Of a DNA stretch of 64,000 bases, positions 36,678-46,852 are shown piece after piece. The number at the start of each line of letters is the position of its first letter. Position 1 is the first letter of the stretch. Made by a program: the position numbers and the translations under genes. A model generated the notes under the pieces. The model had not been told where the DNA came from. It saw nothing but the letters and a program-made list of their open reading frames with translations, and ran no database searches. The DNA lies in IMG/VR virus record IMGVR_UViG_3300032233_001072, positions 1-64,000 of that record, one strand, 5' to 3'. This DNA is from an uncultured virus (IMG/VR IMGVR_UViG_3300032233_001072) (taxonomy: Duplodnaviria > Heunggongvirae > Uroviricota > Caudoviricetes).

Positions 36678-37087
36678 AGAATTGATTCCTCGGTCAGGTA
36701 ACTAGGGGCAGTAATACGGAAAGTAAAAGACGTTTGTGTAAAGGGTAACATTTTATAACGAACCCATATTTCAAGTACGTTCTGTCCCTCATCTCCAGTT
36801 ACTGGAACACTTAAGGGGCGGATGCGTATATCTGAAACAGTGGCAATGGTTAAGTTACGGTTTAGTTCTTGTAAAGCGTCCATTTTAAACTCAGAAAAAA
36901 CAAGGTCATCCATAGGTTCAAACAACAGTTGTTGGGCACTTGCGCCATAATCTGGGCGAAGTACCCGCTCAAACTTGTCGGTAGTGAGCACATCAATGAT
37001 TTGTTGTTCAGCAACTACTTGTGGGTCAAGGGTTTTTGCCACTTTACCAGAAGCATTAATTGAAAAAGGTACTCGTATAGATGTCAT
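36674..37087 (-). CDS. gp25/GPW-like baseplate protein
   Basis: PF.....G, LTT...ERVLRPDYG. Confidence 0.88.
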   Translation of the reverse strand: MTSIRVPFSINASGKVAKTLDPQVVAEQQIIDVLTTDKFERVLRPDYGASAQQLLFEPMDDLVFSEFKMDALQELNRNLTIATVSDIRIRPLSVPVTGDEGQNVLEIWVRYKMLPFTQTSFTFRITAPSYLTEESIL

Positions 37088-37093
37088 TGTTAG

Positions 37094-37849
37094 TTAAAAC
37101 TTTCTCACTGGGCTTACGTAGAGTGTAATCGTCTTAGGGTAGTTGATCTGGACCCCGACGCCGAAGTTCTGAATCCACGATTCCGACGAGTCGTTCTCAG
37201 ACGAACTCCAATAGAGGCCAGACTCAAAACCACCAACACCCAAGTTAATATGGAGCACATCGTAAACCATTTTGATTTCTGCTAACGAAGGTAAGTACCA
37301 GTCAGATTTACCACCCGATGTTAAATCATCACAGTATTTGGCGGCACAAGTTGCGGCAACGTTACCAGTCTGAGCAACTATGTCTAGGGTGTTCTGGTAA
37401 CCACCACCCAATGCTTTTGAGTCAGCACCAGAAACTGCTGTTGATTGGTTTGAGTTCACATTCGTTGCCCAAGTTCTTTGAACCTGAGTACTGACTGGGG
37501 CTACTTCAAGATAGGTAAATCCTGAATGTTCATTGTAACGGTCAACAAAAAAGATGATTCCACCACCGGGACCAGTGTCTCCTACTTTATAAGCAAAAGT
37601 TGAAGGCACTACAGCATCTGTTTGTACCCAGAAAGCGTTAGTAAAGTTTGGGTCGTCAGCAGTGACCACTATTTGAGTTCCTACAGTAGGTACTGTCCAC
37701 ACTCCATCATGGGCACTTCGCCCAATTTTAGACAGTTCAATTGTGCTTTCTATTCCTAACAAAGAAGGAATACGCACAAATATTTGACCGTTAGCACTAT
37801 TTGAAGATGCAACAATGGCTCGGTATACAGAGGGATCACACGTAGACAT
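37094..37849 (-). CDS. Baseplate spike OB-fold fused to a DUF1566/CLec-like domain
   Basis: YRAIV..GQIFVRIP..P.VG N-terminus; KVGDTGPGGGIIF, DWYLPS..E, YWSSSE..W...F..G..V.PVR.F. Confidence 0.8.
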   Translation of the reverse strand: MSTCDPSVYRAIVASSNSANGQIFVRIPSLLGIESTIELSKIGRSAHDGVWTVPTVGTQIVVTADDPNFTNAFWVQTDAVVPSTFAYKVGDTGPGGGIIFFVDRYNEHSGFTYLEVAPVSTQVQRTWATNVNSNQSTAVSGADSKALGGGYQNTLDIVAQTGNVAATCAAKYCDDLTSGGKSDWYLPSLAEIKMVYDVLHINLGVGGFESGLYWSSSENDSSESWIQNFGVGVQINYPKTITLYVSPVRKF

Positions 37850-39005
37850 TGTTGTACTCCACTGATGTTTCCCAACGGTCACTTGTGTTTAAACGAGGCA
37901 AAGGGGGCAAGTTGTATGCCGCACTTGGGTTCACCGTAGGTTTAGATTTGCTTGTGCTGTCTGTGGACAACTTAAGTTCTGTAACAAAGTTGGAACGGGT
38001 TACCGTATGTTTAACGCCACGAACTAACCAATACCCATCAAAGTTTGAATCGTAGTTGTCAAGTTTGGCGACAGATCCGGGGAGTGCTTCAGCAATGCCA
38101 GTAGTAATCGCTACAGCGTTGTATGGGTATGTATTCTTTTTCTTTGCTTTAGCAAAACGAGAAAGCATGTCAATAGACGAAACATTAGTAGTTATTTGAT
38201 CAGTAAACCGAGAAGGTACACGCTCACCCAGTTCAGACCACATGTCATCGGTATCTGTTTTGATAACATTACCTGCGTTGTCTATACCTACAAATTCAAA
38301 CTTGTTAGACGACCCATCTGGGGTGATGTCTCCAAAGGTGCCATTAAACTCCATTAACGCACCGGGAACATACTGAGGACTTCCTTGAGCGCCTCTAACT
38401 GTCTTTAGTTCAATGTAAGGGAGTTGGCGAGCAATTGCTTTGTAAGGATCGTAGACATGGATGTGGGTACCATTTATGGTCAGCCCATAACCTAAAGAAG
38501 ACACAACGCTAGACAGCAGCGCCCAGTCCGATTGTTTAGTTTGTACAATGCGAGACCAAGTAAAGTGGTCTTCTGGAACTGAGTAAGACATGCTGTACGC
38601 CATAGCAAGTTCATCAACAATAGAAGGAATAGTGGCGTTAGTCCACGCTTTGTTCTTAGTGGACTTCATTTCATAACTAGCCCCGAAGCAAACAACTTCT
38701 GCGGTTTGAAATGGGCTGTTGTTTACAAGACCAGCACGGGAATACGATTGAGGACTGTTGTACGCAACATACCCATAGAAAGAACAAATAGCCGCAGGGC
38801 TAGTGGCTATAGAAATAAACACTGGCGCACCTACATAATCTGTGATGGCTTTAGGAACTAATCCATTAAAAGTTAAAACTGCTATGTCGTGGGAGTGTTC
38901 ACTGATATCAACAGACACAGACGTAATGGTTGTGTAGTCAACCAACGCTCCACTGATTATTACAGACACATCAGGAGAACCAGCAAAGGAACTCTTAAAT
39001 ATCAC
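37836..39005 (-). CDS. Baseplate hub (VgrG/gpD-like)
   Basis: Q..QSDWALL, FDGYWLVRGVKH; position in the tail module. Confidence 0.8.
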   Translation of the reverse strand: MIFKSSFAGSPDVSVIISGALVDYTTITSVSVDISEHSHDIAVLTFNGLVPKAITDYVGAPVFISIATSPAAICSFYGYVAYNSPQSYSRAGLVNNSPFQTAEVVCFGASYEMKSTKNKAWTNATIPSIVDELAMAYSMSYSVPEDHFTWSRIVQTKQSDWALLSSVVSSLGYGLTINGTHIHVYDPYKAIARQLPYIELKTVRGAQGSPQYVPGALMEFNGTFGDITPDGSSNKFEFVGIDNAGNVIKTDTDDMWSELGERVPSRFTDQITTNVSSIDMLSRFAKAKKKNTYPYNAVAITTGIAEALPGSVAKLDNYDSNFDGYWLVRGVKHTVTRSNFVTELKLSTDSTSKSKPTVNPSAAYNLPPLPRLNTSDRWETSVEYNNVYV

Positions 39006-39256
39006 TTAGGAATCCTTATAGTTTCTCCAGCAGGTATTAAATCAGGAAACTTAAGTTGTGGATTAATATCTGCAACACGCCAGTATTGAGATGGGTCACC
39101 GAATAGTTTAGTAGCGATGTTAATAAAAGAGTCACCGTCTCGTGCGGTGTATGTGCTGTACTGCACAAAAGAAGTGCTTTTACGAACAGCAATAACTATA
39201 GATGTTCCATCTTTTTCAGCAGATGTAGTGGTGTAACGAGAAGATGATGACAACAT
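39002..39256 (-). CDS. LysM/tail-X-like baseplate protein
   Basis: GDSF..IA..LFGD...YW.VAD.NP....G..IRIP. Confidence 0.85.
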   Translation of the reverse strand: MLSSSSRYTTTSAEKDGTSIVIAVRKSTSFVQYSTYTARDGDSFINIATKLFGDPSQYWRVADINPQLKFPDLIPAGETIRIPK

Positions 39257-40872
39257 TATAATCCTCCTGCTCTTGCTGGGTTGTTTGCACCGTCGTAGTA
39301 TTCACTGTGGACTGTGGCGTCACTACCCATTGAAATATTGGTAGACCAACTAACTTCTTTATCAATTTTAATTACCTGTAAACAATTTACAGTGCCACCT
39401 TCTGTACCTACAAGTACTGCTGTGTACGTTGTAATGAACTGGTATTTAGATCCATTAGATTTATCTAATATCTCATTTGCAACTTCTTGGCTTTGTTCTA
39501 TTTTAAATTTTGCAGAGTCCCAAGGATCTCGTTTTGTATTATTTAATTGAGATATGTCAAGATCATATGACGCTGATTTAGAAAAGATAGTTTCGTTAAC
39601 ATCATAGGTAACTCCCGCTGGTGGGGTGCCACTGTTTCCTTTATATTTTATTTCTATATTTGCAGTTACTGTTACTTTTGTAATACTGCCTTTGTTGCTT
39701 ATTTCATCTCGTAACGAGTTGGTTGCTAAAAAGCGTACCGTGAAATCTTTTGATCCTTTATCTTTATCAAAAAAGTCTTGAGGACGTACAACAAAGTTTG
39801 CGTTGCTTGGGTTTTCTATTTTTTTAAAAAGGTCAGATCCAAGGGTTCCTAACGCATCTGTTTCTGTGCGACTAGATGTCACCTTATCTTCAATGCTTTT
39901 TTTGTTGCTTTCAAAGGCTTTAGTAAAGAACGTGTCTTTCTTTCCAAACCCCATGTACATAGCCTGCATTTGAATGCCTACTGTTGCTTGTACGGGTACC
40001 ATTGTGGGCGTAAACTTATTAAACATTACAGTTGTAGATGTAACATAACCTTCTACAATAAACAGCGATGAAAGCACTACACGAATTGGTTGGGCAATAA
40101 GAAACGCAGAGTTACCCCAGTTTGCTTGTAAGGCATTTTCAGTTTCTGTACGACTAAAAGACACTGTGGGTGTTTCGGGTGTTTTATCTTCATCATCACT
40201 TGTTGTGTCTTTTTTTGCTTCTGCGTCTCTGTAAGCCGCACCAGTTTCTGCCCGATCAACCATTGCTTGAATAAGTTGTGAGTTAAGACCTTGTCCAATT
40301 AGTTCATCAAAAACAATCAAGTCTGCAAGAACACCAATGTCTGTAACGCTGTATTGCCCTAACGTGCTATTGCCATTTGTAGGGAGGATTGCAGGAATGT
40401 TTGATGATATTGTTGTTTGCCCGTTTGCAGATATAAAAGGGGTGCCTACATTTGTTGCAGTTCCTGAAGAGTATGTACCAGAATATACTTCTGCTTCTCG
40501 GTTAAACAATAATTCAAAAGCAAAGTTAGAATCACCCGGAACAGGTTGTGTCATTTGGGCAGGGTCCATGTTCATCCATAGTTGGATGTCATTTCGGGCA
40601 GCCACCGAACGGGTAATACTGTCGGGATTAAACTGAAAATGTAAACGACGGCGACTAAGTGTTTCATATTCACTGCCAAGTAACTCACTCATCATACGAA
40701 TGTAACCACGTTGAATAGGTGTGCTTTTACCTGTTACTGCATTACGTAAGTTATTTGAAGGGTATAAAAATGGAGGGTTATCAGTTGCCGCACTATTTTG
40801 AGATAAAGTACTGCTAAATGGTTCAAAAGAATCAAGGTTATAAAACTGATTGGTTGCGTAACGCTCTGCCAT
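39256..40872 (-). CDS. Tail tube initiator-like protein
   Basis: FQFNPDSI, FELLFNRE, F...MVP; follows the tape measure. Confidence 0.65.
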   Translation of the reverse strand: MAERYATNQFYNLDSFEPFSSTLSQNSAATDNPPFLYPSNNLRNAVTGKSTPIQRGYIRMMSELLGSEYETLSRRRLHFQFNPDSITRSVAARNDIQLWMNMDPAQMTQPVPGDSNFAFELLFNREAEVYSGTYSSGTATNVGTPFISANGQTTISSNIPAILPTNGNSTLGQYSVTDIGVLADLIVFDELIGQGLNSQLIQAMVDRAETGAAYRDAEAKKDTTSDDEDKTPETPTVSFSRTETENALQANWGNSAFLIAQPIRVVLSSLFIVEGYVTSTTVMFNKFTPTMVPVQATVGIQMQAMYMGFGKKDTFFTKAFESNKKSIEDKVTSSRTETDALGTLGSDLFKKIENPSNANFVVRPQDFFDKDKGSKDFTVRFLATNSLRDEISNKGSITKVTVTANIEIKYKGNSGTPPAGVTYDVNETIFSKSASYDLDISQLNNTKRDPWDSAKFKIEQSQEVANEILDKSNGSKYQFITTYTAVLVGTEGGTVNCLQVIKIDKEVSWSTNISMGSDATVHSEYYDGANNPARAGGL

Positions 40873-43685
40873 TACATGCTCCTCATTGCTGCAATTTTAA
40901 TTTCTTTAACCATCATATTGGATACTTCTTTAGCGGCACGTTGAGCATCAGCAGAGTTATTACCTGTTGATTGGATATAGATAGTAGGGGCAATTGTAAT
41001 GTTGCTCCCGCCTTCAATACGTACAGATCCGCCTGAACGTACGGGAGTAGAGGTAGGGGCACCGTCGCCTGTCTTAATGTTAGGCCACTTGATTGCATTT
41101 TTGGCTACTGATTCAAAACCACCAATACCGGATGCTGGTTTAAACTTTCCTGTTTTAGGATCGTTGTACCCATCAAATGATGAGCGTTCTGCAATTTTAA
41201 TCTGTTCTTCTGGCGTTGCTTTTTCTGCCCAGCGAGCAAATTCCCTACCGCCATAGAAATCCCATACTTTATTGTGCATGGCTAAACCGCCACGGAACAC
41301 TTTGGAATCGTTAACAAACTTCCAGTTTTTCTTAGTTTCTACTTGAGCAATGGCATCCCAGTCTGCTCGTGTAAAACGACGTTTAGGAATTTGGTAAGAA
41401 CCCCAAACTTTATGATTTCTTGTAGTCATTCCCGACGAAGGTACTTTTTGAGATGAATACCCACTATCTGAGGCTTTTGTGTTACTTGATATTGCTACCG
41501 AAGAAACAGATTTAGTTCTACCCATCCCTCCACCTTGGGTCCCCAACAAATTTTGATTTGCCTGCCTAGAGGCAGCAATGCTTTCTGCAATAGACATTTG
41601 CCCGTAAGACTCTACGGATTGTTTTGCAATGCCTCTAGCACTAGATGAACGGTCTCCTTGCACATCAGGGTTTCCGTTGAACTTTGATTCGGGGTCATAT
41701 TGGCTACCCCCGGCGATTGTGCCCCAAGGAGAGTTTTTCTTTTCGTATTCACTACGACCTTTAGGAAGTTCAGCAGGCTGTACGTGCCAAGGTTCATCAT
41801 TGACATTTGCAAAAGTTTGCAATCCGTATTTAGCCGCATTCTTTTGAACCCAGTCAAGGTCACCTGTGAGGTCAGCCGCTAAACCAATTTCGTGCATAGA
41901 CATTCCGGGAGGAGCAGCATCTGGACCGCTGTGCTTTTTCCAAAATGAACCGTTCCAGTATGTACCCGTATCTTCGGTAGTACGGCTGTAGCGACTTAAG
42001 AACATACTGCGTTGTTCGGTACTTGAGCGGTATCCATTGCCGATACCCACGTTAGGGTTATCAGCCATCATCTTAAGCAAGCGTTCTTTAAACTTAGGAT
42101 TTAGTTTAGAAAACGTATCTCGTTTTTCTAACTGTGCAAATTTACCTTTGCTTGAACTGCCCGAAACGGTGGGAGATTTAGAATTACTTTTATCAGCAGT
42201 ACCGTCTCCAATTAATTTAGTGCCAGCACCAACTGCTATTCCACCACCAAGTACTCCGCCTACACCTCCAGTAAGTGCTGTAAATGCGGCACCCCCTCCT
42301 ATTAAGCCAAGACCTAATAGGTTTTTTCCAATTTTCATAAATGGGTTGTTTCGGCTACTGATGCGAGCACCAATGATTCCTGACAACTTGTCTTCTAACA
42401 TAGTAAACGCACTAATTAATTTTTGTGTATTGCGTTCAAGAGCGGCGTAGTTGTCTGCTTGGCGACGGTAGAACATTTCGTCACGTTGGTTACGGCGCAC
42501 ATCTGTAACCTCTGCTTCCATAGCAAAGTTCTTGTTAATGCCCATTGTTTTACGTTGCGACGCTTTACTAGGGTCATACATCCCTTGTTTTCCGCCACTC
42601 TTCTTTTGGAACTGTATGTTTTCTTGGGCGTACTGCAAAACGATGTCTTGCATGTCTTCAGGGACACCCATAGACGTAAGGCGTGCACGGGTTACTGACC
42701 CTTGTTGCATCCCAGAGTTAACCATTCTTTCGTTGGTAAGCCCTGCGCTTCTAACAATTTGTTGGGTAACTTCCATCGGGTTACGTTGTTTGCCACCAAT
42801 ACCGTAGATGCCCGTGCCCATTGTCATGGTCATACGATTGTTAATAGTGGGGGATGCCAGCGTGCTAATCATTTTTGTAATATCTTGAGTGGTGTATGAG
42901 AACCCACTAGCAACACGAAGAGCCTCAACACCGGGCATCATTACCTTGGATTGCAAACCTGTTTGTGCTTGAAGACCAAGAAGCGTATTGATACCGCCAG
43001 CACCTAATAGTCCACCAGCCAATGGTGCTCTAAATTGTTTAGCGTACTGGTTATTAGTAATACCTTGGGTTTGCTGATACAGCATTCCCATACGGTCAGC
43101 GGCTAGTGCTGGGGCATAACCTGCATCGGTACGTTTATCAATCATTTCAATAGGCATGCCAAGCGCACCAACTATTTGTTTTCCAAGGCCCATTCCCATG
43201 CCGCTTAATGGGTTCCCGCCACCCATTGCACCCCCGGCTTTACCCATTAAACCACTCATTGCACCACCGCCACCTGCGGCAGATGTACCAGTAGGCATAG
43301 AGCCACGGAAGTTTTTAAAGAAGCCACTTGCCGATGAAGGGCTAACACCCATAGCAGCAGTTGAGGCTGGGGCACCTCCACTGCCAGAAACCATGTCTTG
43401 AGATTTAACAACGGCGTTGCTTACAGCACTGGCAGTGCTTGTACTGGTTGATGGGGAAGTATTTGCTGTAGAAACAGTGCCAAGAGCATTAGCAAGTTTG
43501 TTTACTTTGGCAATGGTCTTATCAAGGTTGTCGTGCATCCACTTGATATCGGCTTTGATACTGCTAAAGCCTTTAACAAGTTTCTCCATTTGAGACGTGT
43601 CAACAGAGAACTTGGAGCGGACGTCAGCCATTGAACCGCCACCAGCGAGGTTGGGTTCTTTGCTTCCTTCACCAAAAATTGCCAT
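40872..43685 (-). CDS. Tape measure protein with M15 peptidase and Rpf-like domains
   Basis: GYRS..EQ, PPG.S.HE.GLAAD, EPWH; WDAIAQVE..NW..GGL..W..YGG..ATPEEQI.IAER. Confidence 0.85.
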   Translation of the reverse strand: MAIFGEGSKEPNLAGGGSMADVRSKFSVDTSQMEKLVKGFSSIKADIKWMHDNLDKTIAKVNKLANALGTVSTANTSPSTSTSTASAVSNAVVKSQDMVSGSGGAPASTAAMGVSPSSASGFFKNFRGSMPTGTSAAGGGGAMSGLMGKAGGAMGGGNPLSGMGMGLGKQIVGALGMPIEMIDKRTDAGYAPALAADRMGMLYQQTQGITNNQYAKQFRAPLAGGLLGAGGINTLLGLQAQTGLQSKVMMPGVEALRVASGFSYTTQDITKMISTLASPTINNRMTMTMGTGIYGIGGKQRNPMEVTQQIVRSAGLTNERMVNSGMQQGSVTRARLTSMGVPEDMQDIVLQYAQENIQFQKKSGGKQGMYDPSKASQRKTMGINKNFAMEAEVTDVRRNQRDEMFYRRQADNYAALERNTQKLISAFTMLEDKLSGIIGARISSRNNPFMKIGKNLLGLGLIGGGAAFTALTGGVGGVLGGGIAVGAGTKLIGDGTADKSNSKSPTVSGSSSKGKFAQLEKRDTFSKLNPKFKERLLKMMADNPNVGIGNGYRSSTEQRSMFLSRYSRTTEDTGTYWNGSFWKKHSGPDAAPPGMSMHEIGLAADLTGDLDWVQKNAAKYGLQTFANVNDEPWHVQPAELPKGRSEYEKKNSPWGTIAGGSQYDPESKFNGNPDVQGDRSSSARGIAKQSVESYGQMSIAESIAASRQANQNLLGTQGGGMGRTKSVSSVAISSNTKASDSGYSSQKVPSSGMTTRNHKVWGSYQIPKRRFTRADWDAIAQVETKKNWKFVNDSKVFRGGLAMHNKVWDFYGGREFARWAEKATPEEQIKIAERSSFDGYNDPKTGKFKPASGIGGFESVAKNAIKWPNIKTGDGAPTSTPVRSGGSVRIEGGSNITIAPTIYIQSTGNNSADAQRAAKEVSNMMVKEIKIAAMRSM

Positions 43686-43689
43686 TTAT

Positions 43690-43842
43690 TTAATCTCCAC
43701 TACTCTTCCATTTACCCATAGATGCCCAATAGCGCCTTTGGCGCACAGTCATGTGTTGTATGTCAGCGAGTGTGAAACCCTTGTAAACAGAAGCAATCAG
43801 GTCGTAATCCCAATATAAGTGTACAAGATTAGCCGAATAAAA
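43690..43842 (-). CDS. Tail assembly chaperone frameshift extension (GT-like)
   Basis: Start-less frame YWDYDLIASVYKGFTLADIQHMTVRQRRYW in +1 relative to the upstream ORF. Confidence 0.65.
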   Translation of the reverse strand, partial: FYSANLVHLYWDYDLIASVYKGFTLADIQHMTVRQRRYWASMGKWKSSGD

Positions 43843-44608
43843 GTGAGGCCCAATTGAGCATAATAATCATTTGTTCTGAACAGTGTGCACAAGGGGCTTT
43901 CACCTCCCCGATCTGAGGGCCGGGTTGGGCGTCCAATAAAGCATTAATGATTTCTGTACGGTCTGCCATGTTGAGGTTTCGTGCCCAGTCAGCCGCATTG
44001 TCCACACCAATTACACAGCGTGAGAGCATGATGGTATTTTGCTCTGGGGTGGTTTTGCCCTTAGTTGCCACAATCTTGCTGTCTAGGCCGTTAGGAAGGC
44101 GTAGAGAGACCTCTGAGCCGTTCTTGAGGGCAACCTTAAGAGGCTCTTTAAGATCATGTTTGGCTTCCCGAACTGGGAACTCGTCTACCCCAACGAACAC
44201 GTCATTAGTCTCATTGCATGAATCACAGACAACTTGGTATTCCCGTGTGTTGCCGTAGGTAGCCTTGATAACTCCAAGGAATAAAGCGTCACGATCCCCA
44301 ATAATTAACTCGTCAATTACTTGTGGGTTGTCTTTGATAATAACTGACCCCACAGAAACAACAGCACGGCGTAACAGAAACGACATGTATTCTGCGTACA
44401 CCGTGCTTTTGTTGTCATGAGAAGAAAGGGCTTCTTCGTCATAACCATTGAGTTCTCTAACAACTGCGGAGGTTTCCCAAGTATCTAATTCTTTGTTGTA
44501 CACCCCACGCATAAGTTTAACAACCGTGTCTGGGGCTGGTGCCATTTCTGGGACAGCCTCTTCTAGGGCGCTACTTAGCGCATCGGCTTGCGCCGCTATA
44601 TTCTCCAT
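43829..44608 (-). CDS. Tail assembly chaperone / gp26-like protein
   Basis: VRELNGYDEE, GDRDAL, two CxxC; between tube and tape measure genes. Confidence 0.75.
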   Translation of the reverse strand: MENIAAQADALSSALEEAVPEMAPAPDTVVKLMRGVYNKELDTWETSAVVRELNGYDEEALSSHDNKSTVYAEYMSFLLRRAVVSVGSVIIKDNPQVIDELIIGDRDALFLGVIKATYGNTREYQVVCDSCNETNDVFVGVDEFPVREAKHDLKEPLKVALKNGSEVSLRLPNGLDSKIVATKGKTTPEQNTIMLSRCVIGVDNAADWARNLNMADRTEIINALLDAQPGPQIGEVKAPCAHCSEQMIIMLNWASLLFG

Positions 44609-44629
44609 GTTGTACTCCTATTTAATTGT

Positions 44630-45262
44630 TTATAGTGAAGCGAGTGATTCAGAGCCTGACCAGTCAATGTAAAAACCTTCATGGTGAAGGGTCATTGATT
44701 GGATGATAATACCATTATCGCCTGCGTTGAGGTCAGTAAGGGCATAAGCACCGGGCCAGCAGTTATACAGTTTGAATTGGAATTTTACGTTACCCGGAAC
44801 AATAGATGCTCCAAGTTGTTCGCCACCGTCGTATTGGTAACGAACACCAGTTGCGGTGTGTGGGTGGTCATAGACTTTTACAAGCACGTCACAGCGGTAG
44901 TCGCCATCACCTGTTGCCAAGCCAGCGCCACCTGAAACGCCGCCGCCTACCCATGCGTGCATGAATTTCTGCCACTGCCAAACAGCATCTTGCTTGTTGC
45001 TATCTGTTGCGTTAAAAGCACCACGAGCAAAAGATACCGGAGCAAAGTCAGATTGCCCAACCATTTTATGTGGATGAGTGTTCATGCCACCTTCACGGTA
45101 GGAAATAACTTCGTTAGTAACTGAGATACCACTTACTTGAGCAAACCCAAGGTCTCCAATACCAGCCAAGGTAGTTGATAGGTTTCCAGTAGCCTTCTTT
45201 GGAATGATCTGTACACGAAACTTAAAGTTACGTAGTGGATCTGTGCGAAGAGTTGCAACCAT
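44630..45262 (-). CDS. Tail tube protein (T4 gp19-like)
   Basis: DPLRNFKF, F..VSG, YREGG, NCWP, L.HEG. Confidence 0.92.
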   Translation of the reverse strand: MVATLRTDPLRNFKFRVQIIPKKATGNLSTTLAGIGDLGFAQVSGISVTNEVISYREGGMNTHPHKMVGQSDFAPVSFARGAFNATDSNKQDAVWQWQKFMHAWVGGGVSGGAGLATGDGDYRCDVLVKVYDHPHTATGVRYQYDGGEQLGASIVPGNVKFQFKLYNCWPGAYALTDLNAGDNGIIIQSMTLHHEGFYIDWSGSESLASL

Positions 45263-45277
45263 TATGTACTGTGCTCC

Positions 45278-46810
45278 TTAAAGATTCGTGGTGGCGGTGC
45301 TTCCGCCAGCCCACTGTGTGAGATTAATAACAACAAATTCTGTTGGGTACTGTAGTGCAACGCCAACTTCAACATTTACGTAACCATCTTCAATAGAAGA
45401 TGAACTGTTGTTTGAAGCATCACACGTAATGTAAAAGGCTTGGTTTGCTGTATCACCTTTCAAGTTACCTTTAGCCCAGAAATCGGTAAGGGTACTGGAA
45501 AGACTTACTTTAATTTTGTCCCACAAACGATCATCGTTTGGTTCAAACAGAGCGAACTGAGTCTGGTCTTGAAGGACAGTGTTTAGGTAAGAAAGCGTAC
45601 GACGAATCGTGATGTACTTGTCAGGACGACGCTTGGCAAGGGTGCGAGCACCGTTGATGATTGTTCCACCACCGGGGATGTTGCGAAGGACGTTTACGTT
45701 ACTTGTAGCGTAAAGTTCGCCTTGGTCAGCATCCGATAAAGTAGCAACTAAACCAAACACGTTCTGAAGGTCAAGTGTGTAGCCAGCAGGTGCTTTAGCA
45801 ACACCACGCAAAGTTTCTGACCGTACGAATGCACCAGCAATTGCGCCACCACAGTAGGTGTTACGGATAGCAGTTGGTCCTGTTTTTGCAGGATCGTACA
45901 TCTTCAAACCGGGATAGTACACTGCACCAAAACCACCGTATGCGTTGCTGTATCCAGATATTGCAGACTGAATGCTGTTTTTAGTTGTGGCGGCAAGGTC
46001 ACCGTCAATAATTACAAAAGCATCTCCACGATCATAAGCCTCTTGCAAAGCGTAGTTAACACGGGTGCTAGAGAATTGTCCAACTAAGTTAATCAGTAAT
46101 GGACCACCGACAGTTGCTAAGGCGTCAACTCCTGTAAACCAGTTAGCATCAACAATAGCATCCCCAGCAGTTCCTGATGCAAAAGTAAGAACTAGTCCTG
46201 CTTGTGGGGTTACCGTTGTAGTAATTGTGGCTGGAGTTCCCTGCACTACTACATAATTTGAATAAAGATCAAGAACACTCTTGTAGTAACGTGAAGAAGC
46301 AGGGCTGAAAGAAAGTTCTTGCCAACGCTCTACTTCTACTGTGTTGCTTCCTTGGATTAATGAAATAATTAAACTAAATTCTGTAGTGCTGTTAATTTTT
46401 CCAGTGTCAAGTGTGTTTGTATCAAAGGCAATAGTGGCACGGAGGTTGTTGCCCCATGTACCAACGGAAGTAGACCTGAGCGTAAACAGTGTACTTGCAG
46501 CAGAAGCGCCTGTAACAGTTCCTGTGAAGGCAACAGTTGCGTTAGTTGCGTTTGCACCAACTACTCGCTGAACGTAAGCATCTCGCCCACCGTTTGCAAA
46601 GTAATGGTAAATGGCGTAACCAAGATCATATGAGTCACTGATTTCTCCATACAATGTTTTGTATGAGTTCCATGAACTAATAAGTGTTGGGGTGGTGGCA
46701 CCACGTTCGGCAGTGCCAACAAATGCGGCAGTGGTTGCCGCTGAACGAGCGCCAATGTTAGATGTGAACGGGGTCTCTTTAACGTAGACTCCGGGGCGGG
46801 TATATGCCAT
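45278..46810 (-). CDS. Contractile tail sheath
   Basis: PGVYV.E, GVAKAPAG, GARTL, YI.IRR, FEPND..LW, P.EFV. Confidence 0.95.
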   Translation of the reverse strand: MAYTRPGVYVKETPFTSNIGARSAATTAAFVGTAERGATTPTLISSWNSYKTLYGEISDSYDLGYAIYHYFANGGRDAYVQRVVGANATNATVAFTGTVTGASAASTLFTLRSTSVGTWGNNLRATIAFDTNTLDTGKINSTTEFSLIISLIQGSNTVEVERWQELSFSPASSRYYKSVLDLYSNYVVVQGTPATITTTVTPQAGLVLTFASGTAGDAIVDANWFTGVDALATVGGPLLINLVGQFSSTRVNYALQEAYDRGDAFVIIDGDLAATTKNSIQSAISGYSNAYGGFGAVYYPGLKMYDPAKTGPTAIRNTYCGGAIAGAFVRSETLRGVAKAPAGYTLDLQNVFGLVATLSDADQGELYATSNVNVLRNIPGGGTIINGARTLAKRRPDKYITIRRTLSYLNTVLQDQTQFALFEPNDDRLWDKIKVSLSSTLTDFWAKGNLKGDTANQAFYITCDASNNSSSSIEDGYVNVEVGVALQYPTEFVVINLTQWAGGSTATTNL

Positions 46811-46852
46811 TAGATTCTCCTAGAAGATGTGGTACGGCGTGGAACAGAATTT

